Shown here piece after piece: positions 25,854 to 45,215 of a DNA stretch of 64,000 bases. The stretch comes from the human T2T-CHM13v2.0 reference genome, Homo sapiens. The stretch lies in assembly GCF_009914755.1 (NCBI RefSeq), contig NC_060946.1; one strand, given 5' to 3'. Within the stretch, counting starts at the first letter, position 1, and each line of letters starts with the position of its first letter. Both the position numbers and the translations under genes were made by a program. The notes under the pieces are model-generated. The model made no database searches. It saw nothing but the letters and a program-made list of their open reading frames with translations, and had not been told where the DNA came from.

Positions 25854-27641
25854 TCTTTCTTTCTTTGTTTCTTTGTTTCTTTCTTTCTTTTGTTTTATGG
25901 AATAAAAAGTTCGGCCTTTTTACTGCATGAAACTAAAATTGGAAAAGGTGGGCGTGGATGGGGTGGGAGGGGGTTGAGGGGAGCAGGAGATGCCCTCTCC
26001 ACCAGCTCCTGGGTAATGACACCTCACTTCTTGCATAATTTCTGGCATCTTCCTGCCTGCAATGCCAGCTCTCTCAGCATCTTGGAGAAGGGGGGATCAC
26101 ACACTCATCGTCATGCTTGGAGAGTAATTGTCATTCTGAAAGGAGTGGAGGAAGTTTCCTCCTAGCTCGCCGTCATCTCGAGGGGTGCCTGGAAGATTGC
26201 TAATACTATTCACGTTGTTAGGAGAATTTTTTGGAAGTCATTTATGTTGCCTGACCCTAACAATCCGTTCATGTGGTGTGGCTCCATGCCACCCATGCTG
26301 CCCATCGGACCGTCCAAGCTGGGACCCATCGGGAAGTTGGACCGGCTGCCTCCAGGTGGCACCAGATTAATCAATGTGTAGATGTTGTCGCTGGAATTTG
26401 TTGAATCTGAGGGACTGGGCATAGTGGGTGTTCCTGGAGGGCCACCACCACCAGGGGGTCCCACATAGGTACCAGGTGATGAGGAGGAGTATGGAATTGA
26501 GTTAGCACTGTTAGAATTGGGCTAGGGTCTGCCGGCTCCCGGGCCCATGTTAATCCCGGGCATGGCAGGGCCAAGGGAATTGGGTGGTGGTCTCATGCCA
26601 CTGCCGTAATTCTGTGGGCTGGGACTCATGGGCACCATGCCTCAGGGAGGGTTCATTCTCTGCATTGATCCTTCTATGTGGGGGTGGCCTTGTTGTCGTG
26701 TGGGATCCATGGAATTGGGCAGCAATGGCTGTTTCCCAGGAACTCCTCCGGAGGAGGCTGGTTTCCCATTCTGATCGGGGGGCCTGGGGCCGCCTGCGTA
26801 TTGCGGTGACATAAAAGGCTGACTGTGGGGTCCCATCATGCTGCTAGGATTGTGAGGTGGAGGCTGTGCATGCAGTGAGGGCAGTGACCCCGGAGGACAC
26901 TGAAAGAAACCTGGCGAGACTCGGCCTCCCGGCATCCCATCGTTGGGGGGAATGTTGCCAAGCACGGGGCTCCGGGCAGCTGCTGCACTAGAATCAGGAA
27001 AGGCTTTTGCTTCACTTGAATGTTCACAAGTGTCTCTCCTTTTAGGAGCTGCACAGTAAAGGTCCCAAAATACACACCACCACGAGTGCAAAAACCGAGG
27101 CTGTTCTCCCAACGTGATGTTTTTTTTTTTTTTTTTTTCCCAGAGAATCTCCGATAAGAAGGTCTGTGCAGATTTCTGTGCTCCTACCTGCAGTAAATAT
27201 TCGTAGACGTATAAAGCTAACTTTTCCCCAGCCTGCCCGTCCGAGGGCACCAACGAGCCTTTGTCTTTGGCAAACATGGTTTGCAGGGAAGAGGGCTCCA
27301 AGCCTCGCCACAGCCGCCACAGCTCCGGCTCTCCCGAGCTGCCCCTGGCTCCCGGCCCCCTCCCAGGCGCTCGCTCGCTCTCTCGCTAGCTGGCGCTCTC
27401 CTCGCCGCGCTCCCCTCCCTCCCGACCAGGCGCTGGCTCCGCGCTCTTTTCAGCTGTCAAAGCATCAGCCCGGACCAAGGCCCCATCGCCCTGGAACTCC
27501 TCCCGTGCCGGCTGGGCCTGGGGTGCCGCCGCCGCCGCCTCCCGAAAGGCCGCCAGGTCTCTGCTAGCTCAGGTGCTCGCCAGGCTCCGCCTGCACCGCC
27601 CTCTGCGCCTCCAGTACCGCTGCGGCCGCCGCCGCTGGTCT
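25854..27641 (-). pseudogene. SSBP3P: Processed pseudogene of SSBP3 (SSDP1)
   Basis: Intronless. ATG at 27277 ([29 protein letters not shown]..), native end ..YSPSMTMSV stop at 26097-26099, premature TGA at 26642. Tail has decayed to (GAAA)n. TSD catgtgccacattttctt (25836-25853) / catgtgtcatattttctt (27642-27659). Confidence 0.96.
27280..27641 (-). promoter_or_regulatory. CpG-island-like SSBP3 5' UTR retained in the retrocopy
   Basis: Very GC-rich, many CpGs and (GCC)n runs, embedded in L1; activity is not shown. Confidence 0.55.
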
Positions 27642-28385
27642 CATGTGTCATATTTTCTTAATCCAGTCTATGGTTGATGGACATTTGGGTTGGTTCCAAG
27701 TTTTTGCTATTGTGAATAGTGCCGCAATAAACATACGTGTGCATGTGTCTTTATAGTAGCATGATTTATAATCCTTTGGGTATATACCCAGTAATGGAAT
27801 CTGGGTCAAATGGTATTTCTCGTTCTAGATCCTTGAGGAATCGCCACACTGTCTTCCACAACGGTTGAACTAGTTTACACTCCCACCAACAGTGTAAAAG
27901 CGTTCCTATGTCAAGCAATGGCAACAAAAGCCAAAACAGACAAATGGGATCTAATTAAACTAAAGAGCTTCTGTGCAGCAAAAGAAACTACCATCAGAGT
28001 GAACAGGCAACCTACAGAATGGGAGAACATTTTTGCAATCTATCCATCTGACAAAGGGCTAATATCCAGAATCTACAAAGAACTTAAACAGATTTACAAG
28101 AAAAAACAAAACAACCCCATCAAAAAGTGGGCAAAGGACATGAACAGACACTTCTCAAAAGAAGACATTTATGCAGTCAACAGACACACGAAAAAATGCT
28201 CACCATCACTGGCCATCAGAGAAATGCAAATCAAAACCACAGTGAGATACCATCTCACACCAGTTAGAATGGCAGCTTAATTTTTAAAACGCTGTATCAA
28301 TAATTTAAGCACATAGATCTCTCAGCTAGAATAAATGTTACATATTTAATTGACAATAATTTTTTGCTCTCTTAGAGATGTGTAG

Positions 28386-28751
<366 letters not shown>

Positions 28752-29627
28752 TAACTCAGTTATTCATGATACATGTCATATTATAAGTAGGAGAATTCAA
28801 TATTCATGATTTTGAAGCAATTTCAGAGTACTATAATCACCCCGCTTGACAGACTTCGAATTCATTGGAAATCTCTGGAAATAATTAGCAAGTTATTAGC
28901 ACAGACTCTAAACAGACCTTCAAAATGCGTTACATAGATTTGCTAGAAGAGATTGTCAGTCTGCCAAAAGTAGTCACTTTGGTTTGATTTGCATTGAATG
29001 AAATTTTTTAAATGTAAAGCTAAACTCTTCAGGATCACTGCACCAGGTTTCTATGGGACAACACTGAACAGGGCTGCCACTGAAACACCTTGGATGAGAG
29101 CCTCAAACTCCCTGAACACAGCTTCCAGCACACTATTGGGAGAATGACTGGAACTCAAAAATGTGTGCAATGAATGTACTTAGGAGCTTCTTGGAGAGGA
29201 AGTAAAGAGGTTGTATGTAATAACCTCCAGTTTAGTACTACTACAGATAAAGTAGTAGTATTGGTAAAGTAATTGATAAATAAATAGTAGTGCTAAAGTC
29301 ATACTAATAAAGTAGTACTAATAGCCCTATACTAGTAGTAATAATAAAGTGGTATTGCTATTGATTCTATTGGTCTCTCTACCTACCTATCTCTCTAGAT
29401 GGGAGGGCATAGGATTTGGCTGATGAGATTGGGCTTAGCAGTGAAGAGCAAAGAGCTCATGCATGCTTTGAACAGGTATGCCCTCAAACTTGGTATTGTG
29501 TGACTAAATTCCAGAACCAAGGCTAAAAGGTGGAAGTTTTGTTTGACTATTTGCGTGTCACATTTTCCTTTTGGTCTATTGTCTAACATATGCTGCTAGA
29601 ATTCTTTTCACTCTGACTACTTTTTAC

Positions 29628-29805
29628 GTGGTTAGACGACGCTGTTATTGACGAGATCACACCCAAGCTGATCAGAGATCCGCCCAATTCTTGCACCTAC
29701 ATCAAGGCCTTGGGAGAAATGGTGGTGCAGCAGGAGAGCAGAAACCTAACCATCGCCATCATAAGGCCCTCCATTGTGGGAGCAACGTGGCATGAGCCTT
29801 TCCCA
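29628..29805 (+). pseudogene. FAR2P: FAR2 paralogous exon (about exon 5)
   Basis: Encodes [59 protein letters not shown]. Donor gtaag is intact, while the acceptor reads tttttac rather than ag. Confidence 0.93.
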
Positions 29806-29879
29806 GTAAGCCCACTCACCTGGATTCTGTGTTTTGCTTCCAAATTAAAGTTCTTCTAGCCCAATTACTTTCTGATGTC

Positions 29880-29990
29880 GTTTCTCCCCCTCGTCCTCCT
29901 TCTCCTTCTTCTTTCTTCATCTTCTTCCTCTTCCCCTTCCCCTCTTCCTCCTCCTCCTCCTCCTCCTCTTCCTCCTCTTCCTCCTCCTCA
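29880..29990 (+). repeat. (TCC/TTC)n polypyrimidine tract
   Basis: Direct low-complexity repeat. Confidence 0.9.
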
Positions 29991-30369
29991 GGATTTATAG
30001 CTAAGTGCAGCCAATCAAATATGAACCCATTATACTAGGGCAAAATTCCACTTTGGGATCAGGATTTACTCAGCATGCAGCTTCTCTGGCAGTTACCCTG
30101 ACTGTCCTAGAGTTGAATGGAGATCTTAAATTAGCTTCTAATTACTCTAGCCTCAAAATTCCCATGGGTGATGGCTTCATATCTTGGCTTTCCCACTATA
30201 GTTTAAACATACCGAATGTTCTTAATGGTCAAATTGGTAGTATTGCAACTGCCAGGGTAAACAAGGGTTACAAAGTGCACAGAAGGATCCCAGTTTGGGA
30301 ATACTGTTTTTCCTAACCTCAGTATAGTGCTATGTCCTTTTAAAAGTACTTTGAATTATGCTATCTTCT

Positions 30370-31071
30370 TTTTTTTATTATACTTTAAGTTCTAGGGTAC
30401 ATGTGCACAATGTGCAGGTTTGTTACGTATGTCTACATGTGCCATGTTGGTTTGCTGCACCCATTAACTCGTCATTTACATTAGGTATTTCTCCTAATGC
30501 TATCCCTCCCCTAGCTTCCATGCTAGGACAGGCCCCCGTGTGTGATGTTCCCCGCCTTGTGTCCAAGTGTTCTCATTGTTCAATTCCCACCTATAAGTGA
30601 GAACATGCGGTGTTTGGTTTTCTGTCCTTGCGGTAGTTTGCTCAGAATGATGGTTTCCAGTTACATCCATGTCGCTACAAAGGATATGAACTCATCCTTT
30701 TTTATGGCTGCATAGTTCTCCATGGCTTGTATGTGCCACATTTTCTTAATCCAGTCTATCATCGATACAGATTTGAGTTGGTTCCAAGTTGTTGCTAATG
30801 TGAATAGTGCTGCAATAAACATATGTGTGCATGTGTCTTTATAGTAGCAGGATTTATAATCCTTTGGATATATACCCAGTAACGGGATCGCTGGATCAAA
30901 TGGCATTTCTAGTTCTAGATCATTGAGGAATCGCCACCCTGTCTTCTACAATGATTGAACTAGTTTACACTCCCACCTACAGTGTAAAAGTGTTCCTATT
31001 TCTCCACATGCTCTCCAGCACCTGTTGTTTCCTGACTCTTTAATGATCGCCATTCTAACTGGTGTGAGATA
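30370..31071 (-). mobile_element. 5'-truncated L1PA5/6-like element
   Basis: L1 3' ~700 nt; TSD gaattatgctatcttct (30353-30369) / gaattataccatcttct (31072-31088). Confidence 0.92.
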
Positions 31072-31985
31072 GAATTATACCATCTTCTGTAAAGCAAGTC
31101 TGTGAAGCTTTGGGGCGGATAAATTCCAGCTCCACCACTTACTGGCAATGCAAAATTTTTGAGTTGTCCCTTCCATAAAACAGGAGGGATACTATTTTGG
31201 AGACCTGGTTTAATGAGACAATGTATGAGGAGTGCTCAGTCTCTAGTAAAAGGCAGGTCCTTACTAAAAGGCTCATGGATATTAATCCCTTCATCTTCTC
31301 CTCCTGCCTCTCTCCTTTCCCATTATACACACACATTTTGACTTTTACACTATGAGGTAAAGAGACATAATAAGGTCAGCTGAATGGCTTAGGGTTTAGG
31401 AAACAAACTCAAAAAGACATTTCCCTCTAATTGTTCTTAAACATAATCTTCCCTGTAACATCTTTAAGCAAGTCAACACACACACACACACACTACATAT
31501 ACACACACACACACTACATATACACACACACACATACATATGTGTATCTGGCATGGGCTCTATAGCTGGTCAAAAATGTCAAGAAATGGGCCATTACTAC
31601 CAATCATGTCTCCAATATTCTCCTAAGGAGGCTAAAGTCAGGACTGAGGTGGAGAAGTATGGTTGGTGAATTGCTTAGCAGATCATAATATAAGAACAAG
31701 GTTCAATGTGGCCCTTAAGATGTCATAAAACACCACAAAACCATTCATGACTCCTGCTATGAACAACAATCCTGGCCAAATTTTAATTTTTGCATAGTCA
31801 AGGTGCAGAAAATAGCCAATGCTTTGCCACTGATCCTTCAGATCTTAATAATACTGAATTAGATAGTTCTGTTGGCTGGGGTCTCAGTGCTCTTGTTTGA
31901 AATTTATTAAGATGAGACTGCAGATGTTTCAAAGATACAACAATCTTCTGAAATGTGTAACCAATAGAAACCTTCTTTCTTTTAG

Positions 31986-32030
31986 GGTTGGGTTGAAAAT
32001 CTAAATGGACCTAGCAGACTTATTATTGTG
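31986..32030 (+). pseudogene. FAR2P: FAR2 paralogous 45-nt exon (about exon 6)
   Basis: tttag|GGTTGGGTTGAAAATCTAAATGGACCTAGCAGACTTATTATTGTG|gtatgt encodes GWVENLNGPSRLIIV (FAR2 recalled as GWVDNINGPNGIIIA). Confidence 0.88.
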
Positions 32031-32874
32031 GTATGTTTAAGGATGAAGAAATAACTCTCTGAAATGTAGTGGAGGAATAGTAATAAAATTCTTAGTGCTG
32101 GCTTAAATTCATTGATCCCAAAACATAAATGTTACTTTACTAACAATTGAAGCATATTATTGCAATTATGCTGATCGTAATATAGAAGTAGGAAGAAATT
32201 ATTTTTATTCTTCAAGGATTTTTATCAGAAAAGCCAAGGTAATGTATTATCAATTACCATTCAGGAATTCTTCTTTAAAAAACTTTTTTAAATTAAAAAT
32301 ATTAGTCTTAATTGAGTGTGGATAATAGAAATCCCATAATTATCTTATTTTTATTAGACACCTTCTCAAAGTAGTTTTACATTACTTTATTCTCCTTTTG
32401 TTTATAATATAATAAATGTGTCTGAAACAATATGTACAACAGACTAATAAATGGTTCTGTTTAGCTAAGACTACTCTAGTCTATACCATGAAAATGTTCG
32501 GTCTAAATTTCTAAACATTATAAATAACAATTTTTTGAAGTGCTCTGATTTTCCTAAGAATACAATACTCCTGACTTTCTTAAGTTTACACATGTAAATG
32601 AGAAGGAACTATAAATGAAAATATCATACCTCTTCTTTAGCTATTAGAATTTTCAGCTGAGGTTTTATGTCATCACCAATTTAGTGTCACTCCTTTGCTC
32701 TGCAAACTTCAGCTCTCAATATATAGTTAATACTTTTATTTTCTGGAGATTTTTAGACTTTAAAGAACTCATTCAAGATTGTTTAAGAAACAAAGCAGGG
32801 GATGAATTGAAGACTTTCGTTTTAAAAGTAAGTGCAGCACAATTATGAAGATTAAGCCTGGTGAATATGAAAGG

Positions 32875-33425
32875 CAGACAGCACCAAATGCTGGTGATGC
32901 TGGTAGGAATGCAAATGTTACACCACTTACGAAGACAGTTGGTCAGCTTTTTACAAAACTAAGCAAACTCTTATCATATAATCTAGCAATAATGCTCCTT
33001 AGTATTTACCCAAAGAAATTGAAAACATGTCCACACAAAAACCTGCACGATAATGTTTATAGCGGTTTAATTCATAATTGCCAAACTTGGAAGCAACCAA
33101 GATGTCCTTCATTAGGTAAATGGATAAACTGTAATACATCCAAATAATTAAATGTTATTCAGCATTAAAAAGAAATGACCTATCAAGCCATAAAAAGACA
33201 TTAAGCAATCTCAAATACATGTTTCTGAGTGAAGCCAATCAGGAAATGCTACGTACTGTATGACTCCAGCTACATGACATTCTGGGAAAGGCAAAACTAT
33301 GGAGACAGTTAAAAAAAATCAGTGGTTGCCAGGAGTTATGGGGGACAGAGGGACGCACAGATGGAGCACAGAGGAATTTTAGGGCAGTGAAACTCTTCTG
33401 TATAATACTATAATTATGGATATTA
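32875..33425 (+). mobile_element. Old L1M (L1MC/MB-type) 3' fragment
   Basis: tggaagcaaccaagatgtccttca, ggaaaggcaaaactatggagacagt and tttagggcagtgaaact motifs. Confidence 0.8.
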
Positions 33426-33830
33426 CGTTCAGATTTTTAAATAAATAAAACTGAAATTTAAAATAGAGTAAGAGGGAATCAGGTTAATTTGTTTCAACTG
33501 AAATTCATGATCACAAAGCTCCTGTCTTTATGTTTCCCAGAAAAAAATATTCCCTGCCCCATTCACTCTCATCCTTTCCCAGAGTAACAGTTCATACTTA
33601 TTTTCTCTCCTTCCCATCTTAACTCTTTACTGATGACTTTATTTTCAATTTCACTTGTAAAAAAAAAAAGTGGTCATTTGACAAGAATTTCAAAATCTCT
33701 AGTCTCTTCATCTGCTCATCTTTATATATCTATACCTACATTCTGTTATCTCTCCTTTTCATATGGATGAACTGTCTTTGCTTCTAAATAATGTCCACCC
33801 CTCTCACTGTGACTAGGTGCTGTGTCTTGT

Positions 33831-34361
33831 TGTATTAGGATTCTCTAGAGGGACATGACTAATAGGATAAATGTATATATAAAATGAGTTATTAAAGAGT
33901 ATTGACTCACACAATCACAAGGTGAAGTTGCACGATAGGCTGTCTGCAAGCTGAGGAGCAAGAAAGCCAATCTGAGTCCCCAAATCCCAAAAGTAGGGAA
34001 GCCAACCGGGCAGCCTTCAGTCTGAGGCCGAAGGCCTGAGAGCCCCTGGCAAACCCCTGGTGTAGGTCCAAGAGTCCAAAAGCTGAAAGAACTTGGAGTT
34101 TGATGTTTGAGGGCAGGAAGCAACCAGCATGGGAGAAAGGTGGAGCCAGTCGAGCCCTTCCATATTCCTCTGCCTGCTTTTATCCTAGCTGTGCTGGCAG
34201 CTGATTAGAGGGTGACCACCCAGACTGAGGGTGGGTCTGCATCTCCCAGTTCACTGACTCAACTGTTAATTTCCTTTGGTGACACCCTCACAGACACACC
34301 CAGGAACAATACTTTGCACCCTTCAATCCAAGCAAGGTGACACTCAGTATTAACCATCACA
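33831..34361 (-). mobile_element. MLT2A (probably MLT2A2) solo LTR, HERV-L family
   Basis: TG...CA termini (tgtattag...aaccatcaca), MLT2A body, and 5-bp TSD cttgt/cctgt. Confidence 0.85.
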
Positions 34362-36034
34362 CCTGTTATCTACTCATGCCTGTCATTCCAGAAATTTTCT
34401 TGCTTCTTTTTCTGCATCTGAAATTTTAATTTCTCCACCAAGTTCTTCACATCAAAAAACAAAAAAAGAAGTTATTTCTTTTAACCTGAAAAAAACCAAT
34501 AACTCATAAAGAGCTAATGAATAAATTTATCTCAAATGTTTGATAACTTTAATAACTTTAATATTCACAGGTTATATTTATCAACAGATTGCCTTAGGAA
34601 AAGAAAAAGACTTCCCATAAACTAGAAGAAAATGTAAAATATAACCAACATATAAACAGCAATGTGTTAAAGAATAATACATAAAGAATACAAATAACAC
34701 AATTAAATAATGAACAAAGGATATAGACATTATACAAAATATGAAACATGAATAGGCAATATATAATGCTTCATATTAGTAATCAGGGAAATGCTATTAA
34801 ACATAGAACAGGATGATGTTTTACATTAGCCAGCTTGACAAAAATTGAAAATTTCAATCACAACTGTCAGAGAAATTATAGAACAAAGGAGACTCTTATA
34901 CATGACTTGTAAGTAATGAGATGGGGAAGAGGACATAGAAGTCACTGCCTCACAATCAATGGCGGTTACTCAGTTCACTAGTCAGCAACGTGTGCTGTAA
35001 GTTTCACAATCATTTTGTGCTTTTTGTGAGAGAAATAGTTTAACAAAAGTATAATTTTTATTAATCTCACAATAAATTTGACCTAACATTTTATGTGATT
35101 GAATTCCTTTAGACCCCATTATTTTATTATGGCTAGTTTCCTGTGTTTTGTTTTGTAGATACATATAATAACTTTAAAAGACAGAAAAATTTTGTAACAT
35201 CAGTTACTTCCGGGAGTGAAAGTGGGAGGAATTTTTTTTTACTATGTATTACTTACCTTTTAAATTTTACACTAGGATAATGTATTACTATATTCTGTAA
35301 CAAAATTAAAATATAACATTTTAAGAAGTTTTAAATTAAAATAAAAAGTTCAGTAGATGAGAGATTCTAATCAGGAGCTAATGACTGATTCCACTATAAA
35401 CAACTAGAAAACTAGACAAACTATATAAAAAATCATTTTCAAACATTAGACAATCAGCAGCTAAGGACTGTTTTTCTCCAGTTGAGAAGAGACACAAACA
35501 ATGCAACCCCTACAATAGCCTCTTATTTCTGCCTGGGGATACTTACTGGACAACACCATTGACAGCAGAACCCAGACAGAGCTTGGAGAAGTCCCTGAAT
35601 TGAAGAGAGAGAAACATTATTTTAGGAGGGCTAAGTGAGCATCTCAAATTTAAAATAATGGACTATACAAAGAAAGAGCTCCAGAAATCAGCATAGGTTT
35701 CCCCTGAGTGACCCAGGGACTGGCTAATTCAGTAAGCATCCAGCCCCGGATCTCATGTCTAATTTCCCCTCCTGAATGTCCAGGATCACCACCTTGAGCT
35801 GTCTTCATATCTGCAAATGACAGATTCATCTCTGCCCCTCAGGACTGCATAAACCTGTGCAAATACTTTCTACTTTTTATGAAAAGCACACTAATTTCAC
35901 AAGCAAGTAGCATTTCCTGTGTTTTGGAGGATCAGCTCTAGCTTTGGAATTCAAAGTTATGGGTTAGACCCTTTACTCACTTCACCTTTCTCTGCATACT
36001 TGTGCCTGATTTTTCCTCTTTTTTATTTTTATTT

Positions 36035-41570
<5,536 letters not shown>

Positions 41571-42379
41571 AGGGGGTGGAAAAAGAACAGATAGTGGAAT
41601 TTATCAAATGCCACTTCTGCATTTATTAAGATATTCATGTGATCTTTCTCCTTTAATCTGTTAATGTAGAAAATTATACTGTTTTTACGTATATTGTTTT
41701 TAAAATTATAAATAAAAGTCATCCAAATGAGACTTATTTATATACAGATGAGACTGTAGCAAGCCATTCACTTCCATTGGGTCATTTTTTTTTTTTTTTT
41801 TTTGCACTTCGTTTTAAGCAATTGAATTTCAATGACAATATAAGCAGGTGTTTATCATGAGTGTGTGCCAGGCTCCTTTCTGAGCACTTTGTGTGTATTA
41901 TCCCATAAATTATCTCAACACTCAATGAGCTAGCTACTGCCATTCTTGTTGTTCAGCTGAGAAAACTGATTCGGAGAGATACTGAGTGATTTGCCCAGGT
42001 CACAGCTGGTAGGTAGCCACGCTAGGATTTACATCTGGTCTATCTTCAAAACATTTGATCTGAAGCCATACCAGTGCGTTTTACTCCATCCACCCATCAG
42101 AATCACATGAGAAACAGTCTTATAATACTGTGCCCCAGAGAGTAGCCAGCCAGACTGGTTCTCAGGAATAGTGTACCATCCAAAATACATTTATTAGAAA
42201 ACAAGAAAGAAGAAAAATAAACAAACCATCCAAGATAAGAAGCCAGAGAAAAGCAGCAAAATAAACCCAATGAAAGTAATGGAAAGTATAAATTTTAAAA
42301 AATGATATAGAAGACAATAATTCCCATGAAACTGTAAGATTAACATTCTGGTGTTTAAATTTTGTTTTTTCTTTTTTAG

Positions 42380-44185
42380 GCATAAAGGCATCACAAGTGG
42401 TCACGCTCAGCTACTCTGGTTCCTACAGACTTTCCTCTTTGGGATGGCATCTCTCACCATCTTGACTGCTTACCAACAGAAGCATCAAAACCAAACTTGA
42501 GGATGTCCACAAGCTTGCTCTACACATCCTCATCTTTTTTGTGTGTGTTTGTGGGGTAAGGGAGGTGCAGTATTTACTCAGTGATCTTTTCTACTTTCTA
42601 GAAAGTGTCTGTCCTTGAAAACTATTTAAGAGCCTCTCATTAGTCATTTTTTCTCTTATATGCTCTGGTTGAGCTTGAATAGACCAGTTGTTGCTTAAGA
42701 AAGAAACTGAGAAAGATTTTAGCTTTTCAGTCCTATTTGGCAGAGGACTTCAGCTACCTTCTTATGGACTTTGGCTGTGTTGGTGCCCTCGTGTGCTCTG
42801 GGCTAAGCCACATACTAAATTGACTTTTTGGTTTGTATACCCTTGCTCTCGCCTTCTGATGAAAACATCTTACCCTCACCACCACCATCTTTGCTCTCCT
42901 TTCCCAAAGCTCTTTCCGCCTTGCTGCACCAGATAAAGTGACACCTCCACCATACGTCAATTCCACACACATTTATTAGGTACCTGTGAGGCAGGATCTT
43001 ATCCTCTTAAACTTCCACTTCTCACGCTAGAGAGAAAGATAAGAAAGATGAGCAAGTGCCTGGAATGGGGCAGGCTGAGCTGTCACACAGGCACACTGAG
43101 AACCCACAGGGGAGACTGCAGAGTGCCTTCCCTGATGCTGCAGCTGGAAGTGATCCTTCCCTCCACCTGGCCCCTGGGACACTCTGCTCTGTAGTGTGCA
43201 GTCTGATGGTGCTGCTAGATTGCTTTTTCGCTCAGGGCCACAGCTTAAACAGCTTTACCTTTCCCCTCAGCACCTGTCCCACTACCTTGCACACAGGTAC
43301 TCTATCCATGTTTATTGAACAAAGGAGGGAAACTGATTTCACTTTCACTTGTTCATTATCATTCCAATTTTTATATGAAAATGGCACAACCCACGTGGGG
43401 TACACTCATCTCAAAAGAAAAGCCCAAGACTACCTTTGACTGGTACTACCTTTTTTGTGGGTTCCTTGGTGAGAAACCTTTATCTTTTTCATACTTTTCT
43501 ATTCTCCATCACTTCTCCAAAAGTGTCTCTTTCCAGCTCTGATTTATTCAAAACACATAAACATTCCTGTTTAGAGATTCTAGTCCACCATGGATTATCC
43601 AGCTAGTTAGTACCTCTCCTGTTCACTTGGTTATATTTTATTATTGCTCACAGGTTGGGGAGGCAGAATGACTGTGTCCCCTCACCCTGGCAGAATGACT
43701 GTGTCCCCTCACCCTGGCAGAATGACTGTGTCACCACTAGGAGCCATTAGGGCTTCTTCCCAGGAGGACTGCTTGCTTGCTCTTTGGGGACTAGCCCTCA
43801 TTTCCCTTCCATGGTACAGTGGGGCAAGTGATTTGTATTAGACAAACATTTATAAGAAACAAGCCCCTCCCCAAAAGAGAGTCACCAAGTAAAGCACAAG
43901 CCTGAAAGATTATGAACTATGAATTGTCTTTAGTTGACATAAATTTCTGCAAATATATCTCAGTCTTTCCCTCTTTTCTCTGGTGATTAAGAAGTTGGTT
44001 TTTGGTAAGGAAAAGGATTTTTGACCATAGAGTTAGGCATCATGGAAATTCAAACCCGATTTCTTAATACCTGGTCTTCTCCGAAGAGAAATAATGATAG
44101 TAATAGTGGTGCTGGGAACAATATGGAAGATTATTGAATGAAATGGATTAACTTGAATAAAATGCTGTGAATTATCTCTAGCTGA
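42380..44185 (+). pseudogene. TMEM254P: TMEM254 terminal exon paralog (coding end plus 3' UTR)
   Basis: Polypyrimidine/ag acceptor, then G-CAT AAA GGC.. encoding HKGITSGHAQLLWFLQTFLFGMASLTILTAYQQKHQNQT stop (42498-42500). This matches the recalled TMEM254 C-terminus HKGITSGRAQLLWFLQTFFFGIASLTILIAYKRKRQKQT. AATAAA at about 44157. Upstream TMEM254 exons were not found. Confidence 0.88.
43662..43732 (+). repeat. 27-bp tandem repeat x2.6
   Basis: ggcagaatgactgtgtcccctcaccct repeated. Confidence 0.95.
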
Positions 44186-44528
44186 ATGCTTTTCTTGTAT
44201 TTGTCAGTTTTGATATATTGATGCACATTTGATTCTTTTTCTCAAATAGACTTTACTAAGGAACTGTTTATACACTTCAGATCTCAGTTTGTTTTTCACT
44301 GATAAAGAAATGCAAAGCACTGTGGTTGTCGGGTATATATGTATTATATTTGTAGACCTGTCCATGCCCCACTTACCTCCTCCACGTACAGTGAATCACT
44401 AGGGTAGACATGAGTGTCTCCTTTTCATTGTAGGATTGTCTCCTTTTTGTTTCTGTTTTTATTCAACATTTGATAAAGTCTATGCACTAAGTATGGAGTG
44501 TTCTGGCATTTTTTTAATGCACAAAGCC

Positions 44529-45215
<687 letters not shown>

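Larger units (their letters stand above)
25481..28275 (-). mobile_element. Twin-primed (5'-inverted) L1PA5/6-like element interrupted by the SSBP3 retrocopy
   Basis: L1 on - strand at 25481-25853 and 27642-~27909, inverted + strand ORF2 part ~27910-28275 ([18 protein letters not shown]). TSD tggcagcttaa(a)ttttt at 25464-25480 and 28270-28285. Confidence 0.92.

Noticed and set aside
27918-28280. 120-aa ORF resembling a reverse-transcriptase protein C-terminus
   Set aside because: Fragment of L1 ORF2 in the inverted part of a truncated L1; not autonomous.
29230-29360. TAGTA/TACTA-rich segment with a short inverted repeat
   Set aside because: Low-complexity AT-rich sequence with no support for a structured RNA or element.
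29626-29627. Possible U12-type AT-AC intron at the FAR2P exon
   Set aside because: The matching donor is GTAATT and no U12 consensus is present; a point mutation is simpler.
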